A stretch of 63,839 nucleotides of DNA, filler included, from Platydemus manokwari (GCA_037951405.1; 6 parts of 6 records of this genome joined end to end with filler, not necessarily neighbours in it); one strand, 5' to 3'. Positions 26,201-40,370 are shown, numbered from the whole stretch's first letter. The notes: generated by a model from the sequence alone, not told the origin. Program-made: numbers and translations.

Positions 26201-29200
26201 CAACCTCATAAAATCATCTATTATAGATGATATGATCTGTTTATATTATATGTATATATAATGATTATTAATATAAGGATTATAATGTATATCCATTGAA
26301 TGTTTGGTATGGAAATATTTAGATAAATTATATGTTATATAAGTTTGAGATGTATTTCCAAGATAATCTATAATCTGGTTCCTTTATAATAATGATATTA
26401 TTCTTTTTGTATGTGATTTACAACCAGATGATACACAAATAATTATTCAATCATTTAGTAAATAATTTATTAATAAATTGCAAAATGCCATTGAATAATT
26501 GATTATGTAAAATTGTTTTAAAAAATTGTTTTTGTACTTTTTATTAATGGTTATTTTCATATTTTTATGAACTAGATTCGCTCGATAATTGAATTAGATT
26601 CCTTGCAATTAATGGAAAGAATTTGGCCTTATAATTTATATTAATTGTATATCATTTGTTATTTAAAATTCTGCCACAAATATCCTATATAATAATATAT
26701 TTATACTTTGCCATATTTATTTATTATTAAAAGGTTTTTTTGATATGTTTGTTGAGTACACATCTTATTTATTACTCCATATTAACATTGTTTATATATA
26801 TATATCATGTTTAATATAACACAGAAATTACAAGACTGAAACAACAACATCATCTGGTACAACAATACCCATTCTAACCAGTAAGAATTCATACAGAAAT
26901 ATTTCCAACGATTCTGACAAATTAAAATCGAATATATTCCCATATAATCAAACAAATTACCCTTCAGTTAATATTTCAACAAAATGTGATACAATTTCTC
27001 ATTCGCTTTTTACTGATGTTCAAAACTCATTTCCACCAACTATGTATAACCCTCATCCAGTCAGTAACAACCAAATGTTTCCACTACTCACTAATCATTC
27101 AGGACTAACAACCCAACCACCGCCACCGTTGTTTAATCCTATTCCAAATAATCATCTAGCATTCAATATTGGTGTTATTAACAAAGACAATAATCAATCT
27201 GCCAGGAAAAGTCCTGGAAGTTGTACAGAAGATGAAGATGAAGGTGGAGCCACTCCAACACAAGATGAACCTATTATTCATCAAAATATTTTCAGTAAAT
27301 ATTTTTTATATTTTAAATATAAATTGATTCTTCATTATGATCTGGTTTTAAAATCATTTATATTTCTCCTTTAAAATATCTTTGAAAACAAAACATAAAA
27401 TAAGCGGCAAATGAATATTCAATAATTATTGTTATGATATCAATAAAGAATACTTTTCTATTTATGTAGGTTTCGACATTGTTTAAAACTGTGATATTAA
27501 CGCGCAATATCAATTTAAACATTATTTAATAATCAATTAGATATCACTCTGTGGGGGGGTCGTGTCTTGTGTCTTCCAACAATAATAGTTTTCGATTATT
27601 TATAAATAGTTTTATGATTCTTTAAATGAAAAATCATTGTCAAATAATATAGCAAATATATTCCTTTGTAAAATATCTCTGCTTGTGCCATTGAAATTAA
27701 AGTGGTTTTCATGAAATTTATAATTAATAGCATACAATTACATTTTATTATAAATTGCTATATTTATATTGATATCATTATAATAAATTTCAATTCAAAA
27801 ACTATAATCCATCATGAGTGTCACATAATTCTATAAGATCATATTTTAATATAAATTGTTCCTTGTATGAAAAAGTATAATAATTATGAATAATTATATA
27901 AACAATCAGAAAATTATAAGCTTTTATTATTATTATTTCAAATAGTTTAACATCATATCCTACAAAACCATTTATTTTGATTTTTTAAATTGTTTTTGTA
28001 TCACTAATTTGTAAAAAGATTCTTATTTTCTGTCAAATGTTTTGAATTTTGATTTCCTCATACTATTTAATTGTCAATGCCAGAATTCCATTTGTGTATA
28101 ATCTTCCGTTGAATGATTGTCTTAAATCTCTCATACGATTTCGAAATATTAAGCATTTTTTGAATTATTCATTCTTTGTCTTTCTTTGACTTCTAAGTGA
28201 TCTTTAATTCGTGAAATCCTTAAATGTTTTGTTATTTTATAAAATTATAGGATAAAGTTATCAATATATTTATATTTATAACATTTAATAATTAGGTATT
28301 TGATATTTATTATATGATTTTATTATCAATATTTTCTTTATTATTTTGTACTTAAACAATGAAAAACATTATTAAATTTCCAAAAGATTTGTTGGGACAC
28401 TTTCGGATATATAGGAATTTGATATGTACTTAGATATTTCTTATGAAAAAGCAATAATAGAAATATGAGCTTATTCGGAGATTTCTCATTTGATTTAGAT
28501 TTTTACTCATTTGATTATTAATTTATATGATTATAATAACTTTATTTCATCTGATAAAGTCAGGCTTTATTTTATGGAATAAAATTATATTTTCTAAAAT
28601 AATTATTATATTGATATACTCTTCTTTTGATAATTGCATGTCATTTTTTCATTTATTTGCCATTTTATTATATTTTGATATCGTTTTCTTTACGGAAATT
28701 TCTGGCACAAAACAACTGGGTCATACTTGGGAATTATGTACAAAAATGAGAAAGATATTGTGTGATATCCATTTCTCATTTGAACTTATCATTATTGAAT
28801 AAATAATATTTCAAATAAATAGAAGTGCCAGTTATTAGCAATATTTTACAATATATCTGATATTTTTGTTGATGTTTTCCCATAAATTATAGTTGGTGAT
28901 GTGAATAACCTGTAAATAATTTTTTCATTTTATCTACTTTTGATTCTTTTAATCTGTTTTCAATTACTTAAAGGAAATGCTTTTTACAAATGGTTCTTCT
29001 AAGCGATAAAGAAATAAGATTAGATTAATCATTTTAAGTTTTCATATTAACACTTTCCCTTCAAAGCGTCATATTTGGTTCATTAATAACAACATAGTAG
29101 TGTTTGACATTATTATTCATTTTTGAAGTAGTGAAACCATTTTAAATACTGATTGTGGATGATGAGTTGACATTGAACCAAAGTGAAATTACAACAGTCG

Positions 29201-30912
29201 GGAAATGATAATGAAGTTGAATCCACCAGTAAATGAGTTTTGAAAAATATTGATGAATAGTAGAATGGTTACGAGCCTGGCATATTTATGAAATGTTTAT
29301 GGCATATTCTAATAATGAGATAGTCTTACCAAATAATGAGATTCAAAACGAAATCAGGATTATTTAATATAAATCTTTATGAACAAACTTGATGATTGCT
29401 AATCACTTTCCTAACATAGAAATCAAAATATATTTCATTTTGTAGATCAAAATGTTATTCCAGTTCTTCACTCAAGTGCAGAAGAAATCAATAAACAAAT
29501 TCAAAACGTAATGAATGCTTCTGCAAATCCTTTTGGCTTACCAAACATGCTCAGTGGAACAAATGACACATCTTCCAATAATCCTATTCAACAATCCCAG
29601 TGGAATCTGGCTAATCCGTTTCCATTTAATTTAAACAATTCTAATGTTCAGCCACCCATGAATATGCCATTTAATTTAATGAATCAAAACAACCCAATCC
29701 AACCGAGTTTCAGTCCTGTAAATAATACTAAAACCGCTTTTAATTATGGTCCACCGAGAGCCATTCGCACCAAAAGACCTTTACCGGAAACTTGTATAAA
29801 TCAGAATAATAATAATAATGATATGTATAATCTTGCTGGTTCCATTGATTATAGCCTTACTCCTCCCCCACCACCCCCACCGAAATCTGATAATGAAGTA
29901 GTAAATGTTAATCAAGTCGATGATCAGTCTACAAACCAAACCGAGAATGATGTGAAAAATAATGAAAAAGGTATTATTTTTAAGTTAAATTGATAATATT
30001 TGATGAAATATATTATTTATTAAAAATTAATCAAAAATTCGCTTATAACACATAAAAGTCATCATAAGTTGTGATGTGTTCGGCTATATAATGGTTTTTC
30101 TTTTTTAATTTTGTTTTGATGGTGGAATGATTAAATTTTTAATTATATCTCTAGCCCTTCTCATATCAATTATTTTGTGAAATTTCATTATCAATATTTT
30201 GGAATTAATAATTATTGATTTTCAATTTATCATATGATTGTAAAATATATTTTATTCTCACCAATATCGATTATTTTATTATATATTATAAATCGTTTGA
30301 TCAATATATTTGGATTAATAAATAATTATTGATTTTCAATTTATTATATGATTGTAAAATATATTTTATTCTCACCCATCATGCAAAATAAAAATATTTT
30401 TGGCGATGATTAATGATGTCCCTTGGTCTATATAGAAGATTTATTGATTTTTTTAAAATTATTTTTACGTAAAATATTAACTTTAAAATATTTGAAACTA
30501 CGATCTTCATTCTTTTGGATTCGATAAGTTTAGTTTTAATGTCTAAGTGATACAAAAATGACAATTTTATAAATATTATAAATTGTTATTATTTTCATAA
30601 TAATTCGTGTGTGACAGGATGTGTGTTGAATTATCGGTTCATTTATTTAAGGTTGTAAAGTTATTTTATTGGTTTAATTAAAAATTATTTTTTTTAGTTT
30701 AAATTAAGAAATGCTACAAAATTTTGTCTTAATATTTTACAGATCGTATTAAAGTATATTGCAATTCAATATTTCCATCCAAAAATTTGCAAGTATCAAG
30801 TAAATTAAATCTTATTCCTTTGGATCAACATCATGGTGTATATCGTACTAGAAAAAGACAAAATAAGTATTTATGCAAAAGCAGTCCTAAAATTTTTAAT
30901 TATTATTACTAG
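23288..30912 (+). CDS. RPRD2: Regulation of nuclear pre-mRNA domain protein 2-like (RNAPII CTD-interacting domain + CREPT), 8 exons
   Basis: Exons 23288-23444, 23492-23618, 23665-23765, 23823-23884, 23979-24898, 26825-27294, 29446-29970 and 30743-30912, all GT-AG and phase-consistent. CID motifs IVSIW, LFYIANEMLQ and IIRMFNIWIERHVY; CREPT motifs LKDK...MENAEIYYQTQ...AYKRYGN; DAPSP and TPTQDE as in RPRD2. Last exon least certain. Confidence 0.9.
25107..25469. mobile_element. Tc2/pogo-type MITE in RPRD2 intron 5
   Basis: Left end CCGTATTTTCTGGACTGTAAGGCTCACC; inverted partial copy GGTGCGCCTTACAGT at 25455-25469. Confidence 0.6.
30191..30376. repeat. Local direct duplication (~72-76 bp x2) in RPRD2 intron 7
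   Basis: 30191-30262 and 30301-30376 are near-identical (…aataattattgattttcaattta…atatgattgtaaaatatattttattctcacc). Confidence 0.85.
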
Positions 30913-31841
30913 TTTTAAAGAATTTCTAATCACGCTTTGTCTTTTTGACAAGGTTGATTAGTGGTAGTAATATCCTTTTATTGGTGATTGAATTAGCGAC
31001 ACACTGAAATTTATATTAAAGAAAAAAACTCTTCCACAGATAAATTAATATAAATGGTACAAATGGTAGCTACTTGGTACATAAATTTGATTAAAACAAT
31101 GCTAAAAGCGGCTAGCAAAATTTTGTTATCTAAAAACTATTTTCTTTTGTTATTTCACTGATCTATATTTATCGATAATAAACTCTTCACTTTTATTTTA
31201 TATATGCATCAAATACCTCAATTCCAAGAAATAACTCTGCGGTTTTATAAACTGAAAAATCTCAGTAAAAACATAATCAAAAATTTATTTTTCGCACTAC
31301 CATAATATTTGAATTATCTAGATTTTCAAGAAATTTTCTCAATTTGAACCAAGGTTTTATTTATAAGAAATCCTTAGTCAACTTGAAGTTTAAAGTAAAC
31401 GTGATTCTTTCTATAAGGAATCTTTTCAGATTGACATCTAATTTAGGTATTCTAGTTCTTTTACTTCTCTGGCTAAGATTATCATTAGACAGATTGAAGG
31501 AATATCATTTGATCCAATTTTTTTTCGTTTTCATTCATTACTTATAGAATTTTAATCGGAGTATTTATATGTTTATCGAATCTGACTAGCATAACTGAAA
31601 ATTTCGTCGAAGTAATTATTTTTATTATTTTATTTTTTATTATCAAATTTAAGAAATTTGAATTATCATTTATATAACAGCAGTTTACAAATTCATTCGA
31701 AGTAATTTAAAATAATCGTTTAATGACTCTTTTCTTTACCAAATATTCAATCAAATAGAAGTGCAATGAAGAAATCTCAATTTTTATTCAAATGTTACAT
31801 ATATTACATAATGATATGCATGCAATCATATAAAGAATCGT

Positions 31842-31993
31842 TTATGAATCTGCACAATCACAAATGACATTATATGCTTCTAAATCATTACTACTGCCAG
31901 ATGAGAAACTATTTTTATCTTTATCAAAAGTAAGTACCAGTGCATAAGCGAACCAGAACTTTTTGAAAGGCCATTCGTATCTTTGCCGAATCA
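31842..31993 (-). CDS. Probable terminal exon of an unidentified gene convergent with RPRD2
   Basis: TTTAG acceptor, then IRQRYEWPFKKFWFAYALVLTFDKDKNSFSSGSSNDLEAYNVICDCADS-stop. Confidence 0.35.
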
Positions 31994-31996
31994 CTA

Positions 31997-32021
31997 AATA
32001 ATAATAATAATAATAATAATG

Positions 32022-32052
<31 letters not shown>

Positions 32053-32073
32053 TAATAATAATAATAATAATAA
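31997..32073. repeat. (TAA)n microsatellite at contig end
   Basis: Direct reading; two TGA interruptions. Confidence 0.95.
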
Positions 32074-32173
32074 NNNNNNNNNNNNNNNNNNNNNNNNNNN
32101 NNNNNNNNNNNNNNNNNTTAATTAATTAANNNNNNNNNNNNNNNNNNNNNNNNNNNNNNNNNNNNNNNNNNNN
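32074..32173. other. Artificial contig spacer
   Basis: N44-TTAATTAATTAA-N44. Confidence 0.97.
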
Positions 32174-32820
32174 GAATGGATGATAGATTTTAAAAATAAT
32201 CAATAAAATCATCATAATTAATAATTACTTAGATTTTTAATTAATTCAAAAATATGTGATCGATTTTCAAAATAATCAATAATTAATTAGAAAATCAATA
32301 ATTTCAAATAACAATAACTAGTAGTGGAATCGAACTGTTTTACAAAATGTTAAAATTGAATATATAATAAGAGAATAATTTTCTTTCATTTCAATAAATA
32401 TAAAAATCATCCACAAAAATATTGAATATCAGTGAAAATATAGCCAAAACAAGAGATTTAACAATAAAGGTCTGAAACTGAAATTGTTCTCCATGTATAA
32501 AATAGTTCAACACACATACTCGCGCACACACTCTCACACACTTTAATAAGATCCATGTCTATGATTTCCACCTGTCTACAGTGTAGAATCGATGAAATGT
32601 GATCAATAAATAGTATTTGTAAAACATAATGGATTTTCTATTTCCTATAACAAGACCAAACACAAGTGATTCTATTTACTTTGAGACAAATGGTTTCTGT
32701 TGTCCGGTGAAACAAAAATGGTCAATATTAACGTCTTGATCGAATTTTAATAAGAGTAGTGTTATATCGGTACAAAAAAAATCAATGACAAAATTGAAAC
32801 ATCGGCTACAAAAAGTTTAC

Positions 32821-33456
32821 CTGAAGTTTGGTATGTGTATCAATTATTAGACTGGTTGAATTCCTGGCGGCGGTGGGAGTAGTGTTGAATAGAACATTGC
32901 AATCACCATCGAATGCGCCAGACTGAGTAACGTAATTAGCATAATTATGATATTGCATTTCTTTGGTCATGAACACAGCTTTGGCTTGTAAACATAAATA
33001 ATAGATAAGATGCTTCCATTTGCGAACGATCATCACATCACTGTTGGGTTGACTGCTTTGAAAATTGATTTTCCTTTTAAATAGATCATCGATCACACCA
33101 ATCCCATACCGAGCACGCTTCAAACTAAAGGAATATTCATCTCTGACCTTTTTCTAGAAAGTTTTCGAAAATTTCCAATTTTAACAACATAGAGAAAAGA
33201 AATCAATAAACATCAAATTACATATTCTGTGAATTGAGTAGGATCCAGTCGATTATTGGGCGATGACTGTAAGCTCATCATTTCTTTCAGAGTTCTTTTC
33301 TCCAATCCAAAACAATGAAGTGCTCGATGGAATATCTCGGCAATAAATTCACAAGGCACTAAATGCAGTTGGCTCAAATCGTTTTTATAAGATTCCCAAT
33401 TCAAGGCGTGATTCTGTGCCAGATATTTCATGGCATTAGGTTGGCTAAGACAGTAC
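32821..33456 (-). CDS. Two well-supported exons (33222-33456, 32821-33153) of an unidentified multi-exon gene; upstream exons probably near 35.3, 35.8 and 35.9-36.1 kb
   Basis: Long open frames joined in phase by a 68-nt GT-AG intron, with a CAG|GTAAAC donor at 32821. A 56-nt exon near 35303-35358 ending AC|GTGAGT joins in phase. Confidence 0.6.
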
Positions 33457-33959
33457 CTATAATCAATAAAAAAAAGAGATTTAAATAATATTTTTGATAT
33501 TGTTTGCTTAAATTTCTTATCATGATCAATGGGTTTTTGTATGACTTTTTCTCCTTTGAAATTTCAATGTCAACCCTATCAATCAATCCCCATATCAATC
33601 GTTTATTTAAAGAGGAAATCTTGATGAGAAAAGATTATTTGAAGACTGAAGGCTGGGGTTTTTGAAGTGAAATAAATAATAATAAATTTATTATAATAAT
33701 GATTTTAATCATAATCACCATGACAACATGGTTCTCACCAAAAAAATTGAGCCACAAATAGACTGTTTTGTACAAAATTTTTTAAAAAATATTATTATAG
33801 TTAATAATAATATTAAATATAGTTTAATTTTCAGAAATCAAAGGTCAATAACAAACTTAATTACAATAACAATAAATAAGAAAATCGATAATAAATTACA
33901 AATAATAAATTACTAATTTCTTTAATAAAGATATTACAAAAAAAGTTTTGATATTGATA

Positions 33960-34430
33960 TTATCATTAATTCAAAATTTTTAGGTGGATTATCATTAAAA
34001 ATCAGATCTCTATTTCTATAACAATTAATATTCGGCCTCTCCGTCTTTAAACAAACATAGTTTTGTGTTCCCCACCTTTTTAAATCGTTAATAATAGATT
34101 CACCAATTTTTAACATTTGCCGTCTTTTTACGATGATTACCAAAAGCTCATCATTTCTTTCAGAGTTCTTTTCTCCAATCCAAAACAATGATATGATGAA
34201 TTACCAATTACGATGATTACCAAAATGTGTGCAGCAAGAGCTGCATTAAAAATCTTAATACATTGATCTAATGTTTTATCTAATGTCTTACAATGTTCCC
34301 CCTGATCACCCTATTGTTTCTTCATCATTTCTACAAATTCTGCATCCGTTTTTTTTTCTATGAACTTCAAATTTTCCAATTTTTCAGAAATTAATTTCAT
34401 TTCTGCTTCATTAATTTTTGTTATGATCAA
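33960..34430 (-). mobile_element. Decayed retrotransposon gag-like remnant in an intron, interrupted by a templated insertion
   Basis: ...IVKRRQMLKIGESIINDLKRW...C...RDLIF resembles the gag RxQxxGES...C...RD motif. Confidence 0.45.
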
Positions 34431-34718
34431 TTATCATGGAAGTTATTGATTTACACAATTTTTAATTTTTTATCATTATATCAATAATAATAATAATAGC
34501 AGAATTATTATTAAATAAAAAATAATATAACTCAACCTTTAAAATAGACCACTAAGAAGTTAAAAAAAAGAAATAACAAATCGTCCTATGAAATTTAATC
34601 TTATCTCAGTCATTTACAAAAAAACATGTTCTTGATATTGATTTTTTATATCGTAAACTTTCTCAAGTTCAATTTATTCAATTACTTTCAACAACGGTTT
34701 CTGTTCGTAAACAACCCG

Positions 34719-34732
34719 GTTGTCATGACAAC
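34719..34732. promoter_or_regulatory. RFX X-box (perfect palindrome)
   Basis: GTTGTCATGACAAC fits GTHNYY-AT-RRNAAC. Confidence 0.55.
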
Positions 34733-37700
34733 GGAACATGAGAAAATTATTTTTATTAATTATACAATTTATTTCAACAGTTTCACTAAATACACCATGT
34801 GCTCTATCGACTAATATAAATATATAGCCTGGTATTGTTTATGTTTTTTTGCACAAAACTAAATGAGATCTTGCAAAAAACATATTTACCGTTTTGTGTG
34901 AATAGTAATAAAAGTAAAGGTTAGTCAAACATGTTACCAGATGGCATTTACCAATCAAGACCGATGATTTTCCTTTCATTATAAATCTTTCGTGTAGTTT
35001 TCACAATGACAACAAAAAATCGAAACTAAAAACGTCAAAGAATTATTAAAAAAAGTCCGAACTCATTTGATTTGCTGTTAACATCAATCGTGTAAGTGAA
35101 ATAATATTGTTTCATAAAATCAGAATTACTTGATCAAAAAGTGATATCTGTAGTGTAAATAAATATATCGATAATTTAAACCAATGAAAATATATTTAGT
35201 CGAGACAATTTCTAGTTATTACAGTTTCTCCTAATAAAGAGATTATAGCGTAATTTCAATAAGTGTCATTTTAGAGATAGAAAGAGGGAAAGAAATACTC
35301 ACGTGGAGCACGATTGGCACAAAATATCGACCATAATGAATTGAATTGATAGAGAAAGCTAAATGGTTATTGTAGAAAACCAATTGTCATTTATAGATAA
35401 ACATTGATTGAATCTATTAGATAGATTAACCAATCAATTTCATTCCATCGATTTCACTCGTAAATAGAATCTGTACTATTAAATATATTATTTAATATCT
35501 AACATAATGACGTACTGGGTCGCATGTGACGTCAGTAAAGTGCTATTTCAACTATTATGTCACTATATCATTTCATCCTCAACTCAAATCAATTAATCAA
35601 TCTCACATATTAATCCATAACTCCACAGTAAACAATAAAATATTGCCAAAGCTAAAACAGAAACTGCCTGGCAAAAAAATTGTTTTTCGATAAAAATATT
35701 TTTAAATATTTTGTTATACTGTATAAATAATTGTCAGTTGATGCGCGCGTGCGTGTGTGTCTATATATGTGTGTGTGTTACTCTAGACGGCACCAGTACT
35801 GAAGTGCTGCCGAAAATGAACATCTGCAAAAATCTGTCTACAAATAATTGAAATTATTGTTCAGTGATGAATTGGAAAAAAAATAGCGAAATACTGACTT
35901 TTGGTATTACCAGATAACAATCTGATGAAGTTTAATGAACGATAAAATCGACCAATAACAACACAGCTTGTTCGATGACCTCAAAAATCTGGAACGAAAA
36001 ATGTGAAGAACCAATGATACCATTGGTTGAAATAGATTTCAAGTTCATTTCGTGGGTTTGTGAAGTTTTTATTGGAGTTGAATTGAGAATGATAATGAAA
36101 TAAATAAAGATCACATTTCCCATTGGTAACAGCGATAATCGAATAAATTGTCTTCAATACAAGGCCAAACACAATAAACACATGCGTAGGTGTCTCAAAC
36201 TGAAAATTATGAAGTTGGCGATATGGCATAAATATTAGCGCAAGAGTATTCATTAATTGATTATATGTATTACGTTATTTAATATGAGATCGATTACACA
36301 ATCGATTATTATTATTATTTTGCTATAAAACACGATAATAAACAATAATTAATTATAGACTGTTTTATTTATGCTATGCATGATGGTCGAAATTTATCAA
36401 AACGATCAATAATAAGTCCCTGATAGATCATTTGTAGCACTTATACAAAATCCCAACATCATATCATATAATGACAAGATTCAAATTTGCAGTCACATCA
36501 CAATAAGTCACTACATGCTCTCAGACTCTTGTCACGAGGGCTTATTAGTACTTGATCACTTAATCTCATCCAGACACATGAAAACATGGAATTCACCGAT
36601 CAATATGTTTCCAGATTTCACCTTCAAATTTTAATCACATTGTTTCTCTCAGGGTTTAAGACAACAACAACAGAATTATTAAAGAAAATTTAAATTGACA
36701 ATATCGACAGGAAAAATCGATATATTGTTTCATGAAAAATTCCTCAATATTCGCAATCAATAAATTTTATGAACAACACCCCGCAGATCTGATCAATTAG
36801 ATCTCAATTGGGCCTAACATTAAGTAAAAATGTGGGCTCAATCTAAAAAAATGATATTTCTCATATCAAAATGCTGGAACGATTTCCATATTAAAAGTTT
36901 TAATTTTAAATTCATATTTGATTAACCTCTTTACAGCACAAATTTTATGTTATAATAAATGGCAATATTATCTCGGCTTTGTTGTTCAATCCTTACCTCC
37001 ATGAAAGCGAAATAATATCGACCACATATGTTGCCATGTCACTCATAAACGGATGGGATTTTCTGATTGTTTTGATTGGGAATATTTATTTTAAAGGCAA
37101 CGCGTTAAGATGAATAGTAAAAGACGATACTAAACTCATATTTTAAGAGCACATAATAACAACATTGAATAGGACTCGAACCAAATGACCAATGAAGTTC
37201 AAAGGGATATTTTTACAATCCACTGAATTAGAACCGAATCTACTGAATTATAAAGGAAAGTGTAACGAATTTTCAAAATTGCACTAGTAGAGGTTTGATT
37301 AATTATATCGGATCAAACAATATTTGATAAAAACTCCTCAAAAATTCCCTTCTCTTTCACACCACATGTTTTTAATTGCTTTCGAATATAGACGTAATTA
37401 AATCTCACTAAGGTATGCTGCGGACAATTTGGACCTCCCGTAAAAATATCGGTGTGCCATAATCGCCAATAATCACCTCATTTACCGCCAAAATATGTCA
37501 ACCGATTCGATTATCAATATATCCTGATATTCAAACCGATATTTTCCCATTCTCCCCCATTTATTTGACGAACATGAACATTTACGAAGTGAAATGACTT
37601 GAATCTGTATCATGTAAAGTGTTACTATTAATCTGTTATCGAGCGGCTTTACAAATTATCTTGTAGTTCAGGTTTCGTTAAAGAAAATCAAATTGTAATC

Positions 37701-37811
37701 TGTTCTCAACTGTCTGTCTTTAAGACAAAGTGCGACATTATAGTTGATAAAATCCGAAAACCTAGAGATTGAAGTAAACTCATGGACATTATTATTAAAA
37801 ATCGCGTGATA

Positions 37812-37845
37812 ATACTACTACTACTACTACTATTAATAATAATAC

Positions 37846-37889
<44 letters not shown>

Positions 37890-37890
37890 T
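37812..37890. repeat. (TAC)n and (TTA)n microsatellites
   Basis: Direct reading. Confidence 0.9.
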
Positions 37891-38831
37891 ATTGATTTCT
37901 TCTAGTCATTTTGAAGTATTATTGACAACGTAGGTCATCACATGATCTACAAAGTCGACCACAATCAAGTTTAATTTAGGAAAAATAAGAATAGGCAACG
38001 ACTTGCTATAGCAATCACATGATTTCCATTTTTATAGAAAGCCCCTACATCGGTTGTAAAAAATGTCTAACAAATAATTGATATATCGACTCAAAAAATT
38101 AAACAAAAAAAATTAAAAATAAATTTCTATTCATAGCGAATAACGGGAAATATATTGTATTTTGTTGGAAATGATTAACGTTTCCTAATTGATTTAAATC
38201 GAAAGAGAGAACACAGAGAAAAAGAAAATTGCTCTGGTATTAAAAATAGAAAAATCGTTGGGAATTATTATCAGAAAGATGGCATGCGAGAATTATTCGC
38301 TCATTAAATTGTCAAGTGGTTGAATTTGTTGTTTGTTTTTTCAATTTTTCAATGAAAATCAAATATATACATCAGAAAAAATTGCATATTTGGTCACAAA
38401 ATGGGGCGAATTAAATTGGGAAATTAGTTTCGTGAGTTTCAATACAAAGGAACAGAATTCATCAAATGCAACGGAGGTCATCCAAATCATCCGCGAAATA
38501 TTTAATGACTAAAACTAATCGAATGATTCCATTATAAGATTTTCACACATTTCCATCAGACTGAATTGCTCATCATAGCCCGTAATTCTCCACATAAGAA
38601 GGCATAAATTTTGATCGATATCTGCACCGATATCATTCCAGGATTATGAATTTACTATTTTCCCTCCGAAAACCCATTGTCGGTTCGTTTTTGTTTAACC
38701 AATAAATAATTTCCCAAAGAAAGACCTTGGTGACGATTCATTTCGTCTAGAGACTCTGTAATCCTCGAAATGTCGCAAATGGTAGTTTTTGTATTTTATA
38801 CTGATACAATTCAAAGTTTCTAGAATTACTC

Positions 38832-38845
38832 GTCGCCATGACAAC
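38832..38845. promoter_or_regulatory. RFX X-box
   Basis: GTCGCCATGACAAC fits GTHNYY-AT-RRNAAC and lies just upstream of exon-like minus-strand segments at ~38.4-38.75 kb. Confidence 0.5.
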
Positions 38846-39639
38846 ATCATTGGATCGTTAAAATGACTGTGTGATATTATGTGCTATATCATTTTGCTAT
38901 GTGCTGTCCTATAATATTAGATACTCCAACCCCGTTCAGAAAAATTCCAAACATAAAAGACAAAAGAAAAGCACTTCAAAATCTGTTAAAATAAATAAAA
39001 GGAAATCGACGAAGATTTTTTAAAGAGATTGCTGAAAGAAGGCGAAAACTTGACATCTAAAGACTGGGATTTAAATAAAGCATCTTCGAATTATTATTGT
39101 TGTGGGGAGTATAGAATTATTATAGGCAATTTAATAATTATTATTTTGATTATACCTTTTATTATAATTAGTAATATCATTTGCAGTAGTATTATAACCA
39201 GAGAGATTACAATGCTATACGTTAAATAATAATAATTCGTACCACATTTTATATTATAATTAACAAAACATTAACAAGGATTGGTTGAAAAAAGGTAGTA
39301 ACTTAATTTTCATTGATCAGACCGATAATGTAAAAATCATTGAAATCGTAACAATCAACAATCAATAATCAAACCAATAAAAAAGCAATATTAGCTGCTT
39401 TTATTAACGGTCTTCATTGCAGAATATTTAGAGTATGAAAAATAATCGATAGATGACGGTATTTGAATCATCATTAATTATATCTGATAAATCTGGAGAT
39501 GTAAGAATGAATTTGACAGTAGCTGTATAAAAATGAGAATAATGTGCCGAAAAATCCATGCGACTAGCCATGGACGGAGGAAAAGTAAATTTATATGGAA
39601 TAAATACATAGAAATAATAAAGAAAAATCGATGGAAAAT

Positions 39640-40370
39640 TCAATAAATTGGCGTCATATAAATTTGCCGCAAACAGCTCCCAGATGATAAAGCATAAATA
39701 ATTTTTGTCTCCAAGACTATATTACAAGAATTGATATGAGGTCACTTAAAATTAATGTATCTGAACCAATAAATATCATAGGTATAATGAGATTGAAATA
39801 ATTCGTCAATAATATTTGATATATTGTGAATTTTGGGGTCAAGGTCATAATTTTTTCCATCAAATAAATCAATATTAAAAATATTTTTCTTATATTCTTA
39901 TCCTAAAAATATTCATTTCGTATTTAGAGTTGGTTTTAGTAAAATTAAAATGGTATTTAAACGATATATTTTTAATCACCACTTCCATATTACGACAAAA
40001 AACATGCAAATCCAACTGGAATATATTCCAGCAATTCGATGACAATAATCAAGAACTCACTTTTCATGTACCATTTCTTCGAAATATCTCATTCTAGTCG
40101 ACAGTAATTTAACATATTTTGCGGCACTAGGATAAGTTGGTAATTTCAGATCTTCTAAATCCGGATTGAAATTAGAAGATTCTAACGCTTTCTTTTTCGT
40201 CGCCACCTCAGAATCCAAGTCAGACTCAAAGGTTTCATTGAGGATTCGTTTTCGACTGTTTGCAGGCGTTAGATAGGTAAAGGATCTGAATGAAAATAAT
40301 GGTCCAAATCGATTACCATAATAGTTCAATATAACATAAAAATTTGAACAAAAACACTTTCTGACATTTC
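39640..40370 (-). CDS. Possible multi-exon gene of unknown function
   Basis: Protein-like open frame (NYYGNRFGPLF...DLKLPTYPSAAKYVKLLSTRMRYFEEMVHE) ending at an AA|GTGAGT donor, with a 45-nt intron at 40016-40060. Downstream exon frames are ambiguous. Confidence 0.4.

Noticed and set aside
35981-35983. In-frame TGA in a possible exon, suggesting selenocysteine or stop-codon recoding
   Set aside because: An alternative acceptor removes it, the exon model is uncertain, no SECIS was identified, and the innexin and USP genes use TGA as stop.
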